A DNA stretch of 37,556 bases from an uncultured bacterium (GTDB lineage: Bacteria; UBA8481), in the NCBI GenBank assembly GCA_964499705.1, contig CAZCME010000015.1:62001-99556 (forward strand). The letters are read 5' to 3'. A program made the translations under genes and the position numbers. Below are positions 9,001-15,149 of the stretch, in pieces. Within the stretch, counting starts at the first letter, position 1, and the number at the start of each line of letters is the position of its first letter. The notes under the pieces were generated by a model that worked only from the letters and a program-made list of their open reading frames with translations, did no database searches and was not told the origin of the DNA.

Positions 9001-9363
9001 CGCGGACTGGGGCTGGTTCTTCGCTTTCAGGCGGGCAGCGTAATCATAGATGCTCGATGGCGTCGAAAATTTCGAAGGGGCGGCGGAGACCGCCGAGAGC
9101 GAGACGGTACCCGTAAGCGTGACATTAACGCAGGGGGCGCCCGTGATCTCCACGGCATGTTCGCCGGGCCCGAGCTTCTGGACCTGGTAGATTCCTTCTC
9201 CGGAAATCGTGAGCGTCAGCTCATGACCCGTTGAGTTGCGGATGGCCACGGCGCGGATGCAGTCAGTGGGAGACGCGGAGGAAACCTGCGCGGATGCGGA
9301 TCCCGCGTGGAAGAGCAGGATGGCCAGGAAGACCGGGAGAAAATTATGAACGCGGCTCGCCAT
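1..9363 (-). CDS. Giant secreted multidomain protein (>=3121 aa, 3' end beyond window) with Cys-rich repeats, coiled coil and a putative Pol-beta-superfamily nucleotidyltransferase domain
   Basis: Hand translation from ATG at 9363 (MASRVHNFLPVFLAILLFHAGSASA|QV, a Sec signal with AxA) found no stop down to position 1. GAGGG lies just upstream of the start. The long + strand ORFs over this region are its antisense shadows. It is probably absent from the track because it has no stop in the window. Confidence 0.9.
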   Translation of the reverse strand, partial: MASRVHNFLPVFLAILLFHAGSASAQVSSASPTDCIRAVAIRNSTGHELTLTISGEGIYQVQKLGPGEHAVEITGAPCVNVTLTGTVSLSAVSAAPSKFSTPSSIYDYAARLKAKNQPQSAPATATTPAALPPATSAADIAAQVAGASAASLEEKRARDAAAASTSSSPASSTPSNVCIHGYPLGECCNEAKPSEPAPAPASSSPKTTTPSPTVSLPTVAVATSQPAPTAPPGGIKFIERREFCVTNVVKDAWIKITEGVFIAPVVQACPDRICGCNGMGCVCKTDMACGNQKHGALWDKGDGMGLRSVELCGPSDPPKCKCGFRDCNCATDGECKGNSQSAYGVDVDGQHRLIQLCGGKPPLKCHCGHFGCGCSEENQCKGRTKQVLWDRGDGRGLTLATICDPDATPPPSCGCGHMGCGCSDGAAECGGASRVVLWDPGDGRGLRQVEICGFSPKPPDEDEDDLDTTPLPQEILDEIQRQKDEEDAKIDEELRKIQEEIDAKKKKLDEERERRRRNPERERNAREQERLQKERERLERDRDKIREERDRREKAERDDDQLDKDLRKAEQEMRERDRNCATPECRTLREQRAQLQQRRVQRAKDGVKADKAAQKFEREIRDFDRDRESYEDRLDRGVGLTPEERRARAARQKAEEARQELDRVYERYQELDEKRRNNRPMTEDEAQELRDINRAMDRAQRTERERVVERYERLEKLEKSGKISDDEKRELRGLRNWEEEGKRLPDGDAGPWTGWKPFTARVNGLERDAAAEYGKLVEKQGGSFEDWGSFFRNTSRTMPGGDDPGFGSYSSDDLKNRSDRLGKASADIQDARDRVGEGGVQGLERSDALRALDRDRAEIERRSADLQETQRKMNVAMNAREKARTEADNDQRNGGERGLKQKIEDARRNGRPYSEIQELERKLADAEFAANEADRDFRRLQREADAMENDVRGRMIDYNSIGRYSAMGDVAHNSVRDYNKGYGDMIDADGNVDPDAMRRHVNGFERDARAVSEEEGRIRSLEEVRDQLSKPTGEGRTYGGDLGLTPDEISEHERSINARIIEARRRSREAQENLSRSGFRGHVDDEGRYRVDAAPQWAGAFGRAAQTVEENKLKEEARRAAEEVEREAARNRPPELDRPPVKLEPRERLDPEALQREEARDRANAERIRADHAARQADADAREKAAAEGGFEAWRAERARQREVELAKLRAVPQRDSAQTERVTRLEDEKKREEAYLEAEKKREASRARMWDGWAREAGAARRQEEEERRAERTPAPVERPSAPTTEVVSMPEQDRIDRIAENDRHLAELARSGRRVSENNLDDLRERRNRLQRDLMDVEAARARRERDERVAQDDARGERLGKQSDELSRQIAALDRVIRNTQEEKTERAFEGDHERALREAADRDIAWEAARRLAERLPEKAEVKPGDRASERAATTPAPTTERPRETPVPPPTTSRDTKPAEAPPPTPERPRPPPGPTGERSPAPTTPPPATTARDTRASGPGTTPERPPASPPPAPEPTDSAPHPPQSEAAVARASGEAPPSDTSTLIDPRARLREWIRANLVEFLGQSPQSREILPQLVMQLADKFGEDRVAAVLVRVLARLRGEGTVTPARFVSELFEESARGPDADGRRTIRLSQAELLGLLLGDKEAARAWGVNGPTRKLLRERLDAIIGELGREFGEKASVAEREGRMEDELAHLSSLLSLRALASDSRDWKPILRRIEILHDRLTKAVESRDGARGLSAATASSLALERLLESLPETATDDERRLILERLREAYALRRITAGRLAAGSGPERDALLEHAFDAGVREVRALTGLGKLTEALALLRNLQGPDDASRAVRARLLASLLRTAEQVYDAVTDGERTTLGRKEALADERKRVLEEWMRAEPDAAKRAAAALELSRFHLEGNNREAAKRVFDEAIRMSPDDPLLLGNRLAFDAANLPASELLAALNRMPAEARAAAVAILAERLSQQLDDRSLENILSVLDRVEGLSPRAREALGVQTALARVEALRRAPAGEGSDARAAELLADARRRLESANNLDEASRLALTTALATAALREAQFGAWKRALEGSAPPPGGYTALAREALQAGRLDLAGRALAKQMDALDAAADRVGYLRGYGEINTIIQLVRARLNDPSLTETQKNAANDFLRATGNEVRRRVRTTLDGEENLLARAAMNLRERREGQAAGTVTEKQFNAEQDRYIDFLRDHRALARIHYEAGLSLGDLATAEADISTRIRALEEEIRTGFANLGKTMEEPERRRALDEKLGRLNALRAERDAAADYHIARSGRQMITEKVGYNDEHRTALEWELWRIDRDLNGFTNQNAREVSYGVRGRWRGASGWRKFTELSGDDKDRQRDLHMLEDEIHYYERRRLELVMENPHLTIDEKRGRYNAILSQEAARWKAAGENISPLLFPELSGLGKAEIEMAKAQQGRVAENRLQWLRDDLDASRRENDPQKGFLALVQLREASLAGQYEAYVNYLDVPWYRRGPVRGARIGLYHEETAKELLAASDDIAQLHQVLIRAAYRPVDALAEADRAFLEERGFIVNGRYRIPSEITLEPTKAAAELANEGKLAAIDKYVNAAFAAELAATVVLPGGISGRFAAGAFGRVALGEIIQREGIKVTARYLVSRTGAAYIATWGAEKTLEAALFTALSRGARTAINPEMILDDRLWSMRALGSEFLHNAAVISALNLGGGAMRLGQEGIRRAIGDRISSEGAEALFRAAAGSITATGEAALLTGLNRLLSGNQITQDDFIGNLLTVAMLRASHIGGEQGQGRVSQTRDAMEIFDRFLTDEYLPVRRLMEQYGGSWNALKKAFLHHDVSDAQMRAVFNLRKEVIDDLAAEIVKELKESFGEASVKAFGSSNLTSDYDLSFYGPKAELAVILFNARFGSRWGRALELGGKESAGTLDVNFYTNPVFDLFRGGKDDIARQDDFGYMAARKYLNDRQWGEHRRTILENIPEAQRADLNARLDRIEGMVKEANGKISRFEAELRAEAEARAKELAGARVDNENIEWAARNRLYEENLREIIRLKEAHENAAPAEKEAIAQQLRDAQSRALYFAAEAYQTEAAIKHVVLSIQAAGRKITAASLLSPERPQLSIPL
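8008..8544 (-). repeat. Four tandem ~45-aa cysteine-rich protein repeats inside the giant CDS
   Basis: Unit CxC-x4-CxC-x5/6-C-x8-WDxGDGxGL-x5-C with 24 Cys in 179 codons. The WDxGDG motif is replaced by VDVDG in copy 2. Confidence 0.85.
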
Positions 9364-9376
9364 GACCCTCGTTTGC

Positions 9377-9405
9377 AATATACGCCCGCGGAAAGAACGA
9401 GGCAA
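9377..9405 (-). promoter_or_regulatory. Putative sigma70-type promoter of the giant gene
   Basis: Minus strand TTGCCT (9405-9400), 17-nt spacer, TATATT (9382-9377), ending 13 nt before the ATG. Confidence 0.55.
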
Positions 9406-9479
9406 GTCGTGCGAGAAATCCATGAAGGAACATCTTTATCGCTTCCCACCGACGATTCCTGCGCCATAATTCCGTCATC

Positions 9480-10979
9480 ATGACGGACAAGATCGCCATC
9501 GGTCGCGCGGACGGCCGCGACATTTCCCTGCTGGCCTCCATGGGGAACAGGCATGGCCTCATCGCCGGAGCCACCGGCACCGGGAAGACGGTCACGCTCC
9601 AGACCATCGCCGAAGGTTTCTCCCGGATCGGCGTTCCTGTCTTCGCAGCGGATGTGAAGGGCGACCTGGCCGGACTCGCCGCCTCCGGTTCGTCTACCGA
9701 GAAACTTCAGGAACGGCTTCAGAAACTCCAGCTTGCCGATCACCCGTTTGAAGCGGCGACCGTGGAGATGTGGGATTTTCATGCGGCTTCAGGAATCCCG
9801 TTGCGCACGAGTGTCACGGAGATGGGGCCGCTCCTGCTCTCGCGGATTCTCTTCTGCACGGAGCCCCAGGCGAGCGTTCTCGAGATAGTCTTCCGGATCG
9901 CCGACGACAAGGGGCTGGCCCTGCTCGATCTGAAGGACCTGGGCGCGATGCTCGGCTGGATCGCGGACCACCGCGATGAGCTGACGCGCGAATACGGCGC
10001 GATCACGGCGCAGGTGCTGAACGTGATCCGGCGCAAGCTCGCGACTCTTTCCGATGCCGGCGGCGACCAATTCTTCGGGGAGCCGTCGCTGGCCCTGGCC
10101 GACCTCATGCGGTTGGATGCGTGCGGACGGGGGATGATCAACGTCCTCGATGCGTCACGCGTCCTGCAGGATCCCCGCATCTACACTTCCTTTCTCCTCT
10201 GGCTCCTCTCCGAACTCTTCGAGCAGCTCGACGAGGTGGGCGACCTCGATAAGCCGCGCCTCGTCTTCTTCTTCGATGAGGCGCATCTCCTTTTTGAGGA
10301 TGCTCCGAAGGGCCTCGAGGAGAGGATCCAGCGGGTGGTCCGGCTGATCCGCTCGAAGGGCGTCAGCATCTTTTTTGTGACGCAGAATCCCGCCGATCTG
10401 CCCGAGAAGGTTCTCTCGCAGCTGGGACATCGGATCCAGCATGGACTGCGGGCGTATACTCCGAAGGAACGAAAGGCGTTGCGGGCCGCCGCGCGGGGAT
10501 TCCGCGAGAATCCCGCGTTCGACGCGGAACAGGTGCTGCAGGAGCTCTCGACCGGCGAGGCGCTTGTTTCGGTGCTGGATGAAAATGGCGCGCCCGGAAT
10601 CGTGGAGCGCGTCCTTGTCGCGCCTCCGCGATCGAGGATCGGGCCGCTCCTCGCGGAAGAACGCGCCGCTCTTCTCGTGCGCTCGACCCTGCGCGCGAAA
10701 TACGAGCATCCGGTCGATCGCGAGTCGGCATACGAAATGTTGAGGGGTCGCGCGGATGTCGCGGAGCCGACGCGCGAAGAGGAGCAGAGCCTTCTGCATT
10801 TTCTCCAGGGCACGGACCGGTCATCGCGACCGGTCGCGAGCGAGCCGGTCCGGTCCGGAAAGCAACGGGACGATGTGCGCGACGCGTTCCTGAAATCCGC
10901 GGCGCGCTCGATCGGTTCCTCCGTCGGCCGCGGCATCGTGCGCGGAGTCCTGGGTTCCATCTTCGGGCGACGTCGCTGA
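9480..10979 (+). CDS. HerA-like P-loop ATPase, DUF853/YjgR family
   Basis: NRHGLIAGATGTGKT (Walker A), ADVKGDL, LVFFFDEAHLLF (Walker B), RLIRSKGV, TQNP, and a C-terminal RGVLGS tail. Confidence 0.92.
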   Translation: MTDKIAIGRADGRDISLLASMGNRHGLIAGATGTGKTVTLQTIAEGFSRIGVPVFAADVKGDLAGLAASGSSTEKLQERLQKLQLADHPFEAATVEMWDFHAASGIPLRTSVTEMGPLLLSRILFCTEPQASVLEIVFRIADDKGLALLDLKDLGAMLGWIADHRDELTREYGAITAQVLNVIRRKLATLSDAGGDQFFGEPSLALADLMRLDACGRGMINVLDASRVLQDPRIYTSFLLWLLSELFEQLDEVGDLDKPRLVFFFDEAHLLFEDAPKGLEERIQRVVRLIRSKGVSIFFVTQNPADLPEKVLSQLGHRIQHGLRAYTPKERKALRAAARGFRENPAFDAEQVLQELSTGEALVSVLDENGAPGIVERVLVAPPRSRIGPLLAEERAALLVRSTLRAKYEHPVDRESAYEMLRGRADVAEPTREEEQSLLHFLQGTDRSSRPVASEPVRSGKQRDDVRDAFLKSAARSIGSSVGRGIVRGVLGSIFGRRR

Positions 10980-10984
10980 CCGCG

Positions 10985-11680
10985 ATGGCAGTGAAAGCGA
11001 CGGTCGTTCTCCCCACGTACTGCGAAGCGGAGAATCTTCGGACTCTTCTGCCCGTCCTCCTCGAAGCCGCTCCCGTGGAGGTGATCGTCGTCGACGATAA
11101 CTCGCCGGATAAGACGGCGGATGTGGCGCAGGCGATCGCGGAGAAGACGAAGCGCGTTCACGTGCTGCGGCGCGCCGGCAAGCTGGGGCTCGGTTCCGCC
11201 TACAAGACGGGTATGAGAGCCGCGCTGGAGACGGGCGCGGAGATCGTGATCACGATGGATGCGGACTGGTCTCACGATCCGGCGCGTCTGCCGGCTCTCC
11301 TCGAAGCCGCGTCCGATCGGGCGCTCGCCATCGGGTCGCGGTACGTGCCCGGCGGAGGGCTCGGCCCCTGGCCGCTCTCCCGTCGCGTTCTCTCCAGGAC
11401 GGCGCAGTTCTTCGCCCGGACCATGCTCGGTTTCGCCGCGCACGACCTGACTTCCGGTTACCGCGCCTATCATCAGCATGTTCTCATCGCCGTGCCTCCG
11501 GAAAGCATCCAGTCCGATGGTTACTCCTTCCTGATCGAGATGGCCTACCGAGTGCGCCGCGCGGGATTCGAGATTCGCGAGGTGCCCATCATCTTCACGG
11601 ACCGCCGGATGGGCCAGTCGAAGATTTCGCGACGCGAAATATTTCGCGCGATGCGAACGCTCTTCCGCCTGAGATTCTGA
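10985..11680 (+). CDS. Polyprenol-phosphate mannosyltransferase (Dpm1/Ppm1-like GT2)
   Basis: PTYCEAEN, VVDDNSPDKT, KLGLGSAY, MDADWSH, IGSRYV, DLTSGYR, EVPIIFTDRRMGQSK. Confidence 0.88.
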   Translation: MAVKATVVLPTYCEAENLRTLLPVLLEAAPVEVIVVDDNSPDKTADVAQAIAEKTKRVHVLRRAGKLGLGSAYKTGMRAALETGAEIVITMDADWSHDPARLPALLEAASDRALAIGSRYVPGGGLGPWPLSRRVLSRTAQFFARTMLGFAAHDLTSGYRAYHQHVLIAVPPESIQSDGYSFLIEMAYRVRRAGFEIREVPIIFTDRRMGQSKISRREIFRAMRTLFRLRF

Positions 11681-11685
11681 TCCGC

Positions 11686-13149
11686 TTATTTCGTCCAGAT
11701 CTGGTAGAAACCCGCGGCGCCCGGAATCGGAGCCATTCCGGCCCTCTGGAGCCGTTCGGGATCGAGCGCGTCCGCGGAATCGCTCCGCAGAGGCTCGTAC
11801 ACGACCGTCTTCAGCCGTGACTCCTCGATCGCGCGGTACACATCCTCTTCCCATCGCCCCTTCTGCCGCGCCATCCGCGCGCTGAACGTATCCGCGGACG
11901 CGGATCGCAGCGTCGCCAGCACGCCGTCGCGGTCGGCGGTCTCCTTGATCCAGAGGTAGACGCCGTAGAATTCCGGATGACGGATGTAGCCGCTGCTGTT
12001 GGTCTCGAATATGAGGACGGACGGCGCGTACATCACGGTCCCGGCCCGGCCCAGGTCCTCGATCGCGCGCGCCGCCCTCATGATCTCGCTCCGGTCGACC
12101 CCTTCGGTGACGAAGGGCATCCTGCCGCCGGCGCCCAGGAAGGCGAGAAGCAGCAGGGAGACGGAGCAGGCCGTGCGGGCGAAGAGAACGCGCGGGTTTC
12201 CCTTCGCGATCTTTCGAGCCTCGTCCCAACCCGCGGCGGCCAGGAGCGTCATGGGGACGAGCGGGTCGATGGCGTTATGCGACCAGTAGGTCGGCCCCAT
12301 GAGGACAAGCGCGGATGTAAAGAGCGACATCAACGCGACGATCTTCCAGCGCAGATCGGAACATTGTGACAGGAAGCCGGCAATCGCCGGAATCAGGATC
12401 GGATTCGTCGCGATGAAGAAACTGTTGAACCTGTGCGCCAGAGGCAACGGCCCTTTCATAGCCTGGAAGAGGAACGCCTGGATGAAAAACTCCCGGCCGA
12501 AAACGATTCCCAGCAGCGCGATGATCGCGAGCATTGCGGACATCGCGAGCGCGAAATACCGCAACGCCGCGCGCCGATCGGTGAGCGCGATGCCCGCGGT
12601 GGTTCCGAGGACCGCGAGCCCGAACGTCGCCTTGATGAAGAAACCGATCGCGGAAAGAAATACAAGCGCGGGAATTTTTCCGCCGGCGGGGCGCCGGGTA
12701 TCGAGCATGAGGAGAAGCATGGCGGCGATGATGGCCGCCGACAGCACTTCCGGTTCGAACACGTGATGGGCCAGCGTCGCCGGCGCCCACGAGAACAGCA
12801 GCGCGGCGACCGCTCCGACGAAAGGCCCCGACAGGATGTTCCCGATCCGCCACAGCATCCAGGCCGTCATCCAGTTGAAGGAGGCCGTCAGGCATTGCGT
12901 CGAGAAGAGACTGGGCGTGATGAGGAAATAATAGAAGCCGAGGATGAACTGCGCCCCGGGAAGTTGAGTCAGGACGGAGTCGCGGTAGGGAAGCTCCCCA
13001 CGCACCACGCCCGCGGCGCATTGCAGGTAATAGGGATCGTCCAGCGTGACGGGTTCGATGCTGTTCCTGATGAGAAGCGGAGCAACGACCGCGAGGACAA
13101 GAAGAATTGTTCCGGTTCGCCGGGAGAAGATTTGAGCTTCAGGCCACAG
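11686..13149 (-). CDS. Multi-TM GT-C-fold glycosyltransferase (ArnT/PMT/GT87-like); start codon uncertain
   Basis: Many TM helices. The open frame extends upstream of the track's GTG (13008) through a TM helix and the loop motif LDDPYY..A..V.RGELPYRD...QLPG typical of GT-C enzymes. There is no in-frame ATG/GTG/TTG upstream of it, so CTG 13149 is used provisionally. Confidence 0.65.
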   Translation of the reverse strand: MWPEAQIFSRRTGTILLVLAVVAPLLIRNSIEPVTLDDPYYLQCAAGVVRGELPYRDSVLTQLPGAQFILGFYYFLITPSLFSTQCLTASFNWMTAWMLWRIGNILSGPFVGAVAALLFSWAPATLAHHVFEPEVLSAAIIAAMLLLMLDTRRPAGGKIPALVFLSAIGFFIKATFGLAVLGTTAGIALTDRRAALRYFALAMSAMLAIIALLGIVFGREFFIQAFLFQAMKGPLPLAHRFNSFFIATNPILIPAIAGFLSQCSDLRWKIVALMSLFTSALVLMGPTYWSHNAIDPLVPMTLLAAAGWDEARKIAKGNPRVLFARTACSVSLLLLAFLGAGGRMPFVTEGVDRSEIMRAARAIEDLGRAGTVMYAPSVLIFETNSSGYIRHPEFYGVYLWIKETADRDGVLATLRSASADTFSARMARQKGRWEEDVYRAIEESRLKTVVYEPLRSDSADALDPERLQRAGMAPIPGAAGFYQIWTK

Positions 13150-13154
13150 GAGCG

Positions 13155-13183
13155 AGGCTATCGGTCTGAGCGGGGAGGGGCAA
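13155..13183 (-). promoter_or_regulatory. Putative sigma70 promoter of the GT-C gene
   Basis: Minus strand TTGCCC (13183-13178), 17-nt spacer, TAGCCT (13160-13155). Confidence 0.4.
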
Positions 13184-13184
13184 T

Positions 13185-14999
13185 CTAAAGATTCAGGAGC
13201 GAGGGACTGTCAACGTCGGGCTTGGTCTTGTCATCCCGATACCAGTTCGCATGCATCCCCTGGTTCCGCAGCGAGTCGAGAATCCGCCGCAGCGCCGGTT
13301 CGACGAGGTCGCTCGCATCCTCGACGCACCAGGAGTAAATCTGGCAGTTTAATTCTCCGTCCGTCATGAAGAGGCATCCATAACGAAGGGGAATTCCTCC
13401 CACGTTCCCATCCAGCCAGATCTCGCGCAGGTCCGCCGACCCGATCCGACCCTCCCTGCGGCTTATGGGCTCGATGTCTTCCAGCGTCATGAAGCCGTAC
13501 TCCTCGAGCTCGTCGAGCGTCATGCCGCTGGTGTCCGACAGGATCATCAGGAATCCCCACGACCTGTTGAAAGCAAACATGTCGCCGGCCTGGACGCCGA
13601 ATTTGAGGGGATCCACCTGTTTCCAGGCCATCGAATCGAACGCGAGCGAGAGCGTCGTTCCCGGAATGGCATGCTCGAACGGATTTTCAGTCGGAATCGC
13701 ATCGATGTCGTCCGTCCGCCATCCGATCCTTTCTGTAAATCGGGTCAACTCCGATTCGACGATTCCCGCCTGGGATGAACTGCCCCATACGGCGAACTCA
13801 TATACTAGTTCTCCTCTCGCGACGGCCACGGCTCGCCACTCCACAACGGAGCGCCCGAAGCGTATTTTGAAACGAAAGCGCATGCCGGTGTCCGAACCGA
13901 CGACGCATTCTTCCAGCTCCGATGCGTCGAGCACCTGGGCCCTCTGCCCGATTTCTAGCTTGCGCATCTCGAAGTAACGTTCGAGCCCGGCCGCACCGTA
14001 CGGCTGCACCATCATGCCCGCGCCCAGGTCTCCGGAGCTGTTCACCAGCACAAAGTCGAGATTCTCGGTCCACCTTTCCTCGCTGCGTTTCCAATCGTCG
14101 GGGATCTCGATGGTGTAACCGAATCGCGGACTCCGAAAGCGTTCCCGCGCGGAACGGATCGTTTCGTGCGCGTGAAAGAGAGCGGGGTCCGCAATGCCGT
14201 TCAGGACGACGTCGGAGATGGTCACGGTGCTGAAAGGGATCCGGTTGGCTCCGGTGGAATCCGCCAGTGCCATCGTGAATCCCGTCGGAATCGGGAATCC
14301 CTCGGAATCGGCGAAGTGATTCGTGATGACGATGGTGACGGAGACGGGTATGTCGCTTCCTGCCACGTTGACCATGGTCACCTCCTTCAACCGGTTCAGT
14401 CCCAGGGAATTCTCCCAGGTGAACCGGCAGGACATGCTGTCACCGTCCTTGCGCATGCGCGCGACCGCCATCGTGGCCGGATCGATCCAGATGTGGATGG
14501 ACTCTCCCGCCGTGAAGTGAGCGAGCCCGTCCTCCACGCCCAGGAAGACCGGCGAATCGTCGGTGTCGCCGGCGTCGGCCTTTGAGCCCTTGTCGCGGCG
14601 GACATTGCCGAAAGTTCGCGGCGAAAAGAATATGTTGAGCGAGAACGTGCTCATCTTGTTCATGGTTTCGACGATCGAGAATCGCTGCTCGTCCGTCAGA
14701 TCCTCGCCCGCGATCCAGTAGATCATCGAATCCGGAGCCATCCAGCTGAACATGACGCCGTCCGTCGGGGATGATGTCGCGCCGAGCTCCTTCTGCAGAT
14801 GCTTCTCGATCATGGGGCCGGAAAGGCGGCATGAGAAGCTCCTGATTCCGGCCGACTCATAATCGAACATGCGCGCCATGACGAGTTCGATATCCGGAGG
14901 GACCTGGATTTCGGCCGCGCTCGCGGGTAGGAGCGCGATGCACATCAAGGCGAAGACCAACGCGAGCCGAGATCCGGGCGCGGGAGCGATCATGCTCAT
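13185..14999 (-). CDS. Secreted/periplasmic protein with a LolA-like beta N-terminal region and two PsbP/DcrB-like C-terminal domains (putative)
   Basis: A signal peptide follows Met 14999/14993 (SRLALVFALMCIALLPASAA|E). IHIWIDPATMAVARM and TISDVVLNGIADPALF resemble LolA-type sorting proteins. FRSPRFGYTIEIPDDW... resembles PsbP/DcrB. The track's longer start overlaps the cyclase gene. Confidence 0.6.
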   Translation of the reverse strand: MSMIAPAPGSRLALVFALMCIALLPASAAEIQVPPDIELVMARMFDYESAGIRSFSCRLSGPMIEKHLQKELGATSSPTDGVMFSWMAPDSMIYWIAGEDLTDEQRFSIVETMNKMSTFSLNIFFSPRTFGNVRRDKGSKADAGDTDDSPVFLGVEDGLAHFTAGESIHIWIDPATMAVARMRKDGDSMSCRFTWENSLGLNRLKEVTMVNVAGSDIPVSVTIVITNHFADSEGFPIPTGFTMALADSTGANRIPFSTVTISDVVLNGIADPALFHAHETIRSARERFRSPRFGYTIEIPDDWKRSEERWTENLDFVLVNSSGDLGAGMMVQPYGAAGLERYFEMRKLEIGQRAQVLDASELEECVVGSDTGMRFRFKIRFGRSVVEWRAVAVARGELVYEFAVWGSSSQAGIVESELTRFTERIGWRTDDIDAIPTENPFEHAIPGTTLSLAFDSMAWKQVDPLKFGVQAGDMFAFNRSWGFLMILSDTSGMTLDELEEYGFMTLEDIEPISRREGRIGSADLREIWLDGNVGGIPLRYGCLFMTDGELNCQIYSWCVEDASDLVEPALRRILDSLRNQGMHANWYRDDKTKPDVDSPSLLNL

Positions 15000-15016
15000 A
15001 TCGAAGTCGGCGGCAT
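14996..15016 (-). CDS. Putative leaderless 6-codon uORF (MPPTSI*) coupled by ATGA overlap to the downstream gene
   Basis: Minus strand TACAAT-gcgccc-ATG CCG CCG ACT TCG ATA TGA. The TGA overlaps ATG 14999. Confidence 0.35.
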   Translation of the reverse strand: MPPTSI

Positions 15017-15149
15017 GGGCGCATTGTAGTCGCGGGCCATGGCGCAGCACCAGAATGTTTTCCAGGGACCGGGCCACGAAGGAAGTGCATCGTGTCACAC
15101 ACACGGAATATTCCTTTTGGCGCTTCCACGCCCCGCTTATCATGACGCC

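Noticed and set aside
1-9363. Giant gene as a phage tape-measure protein or SMC-like protein
   Set aside because: It has a signal peptide and Cys-rich repeats, no Walker motifs were seen, and there are no phage genes in the window.
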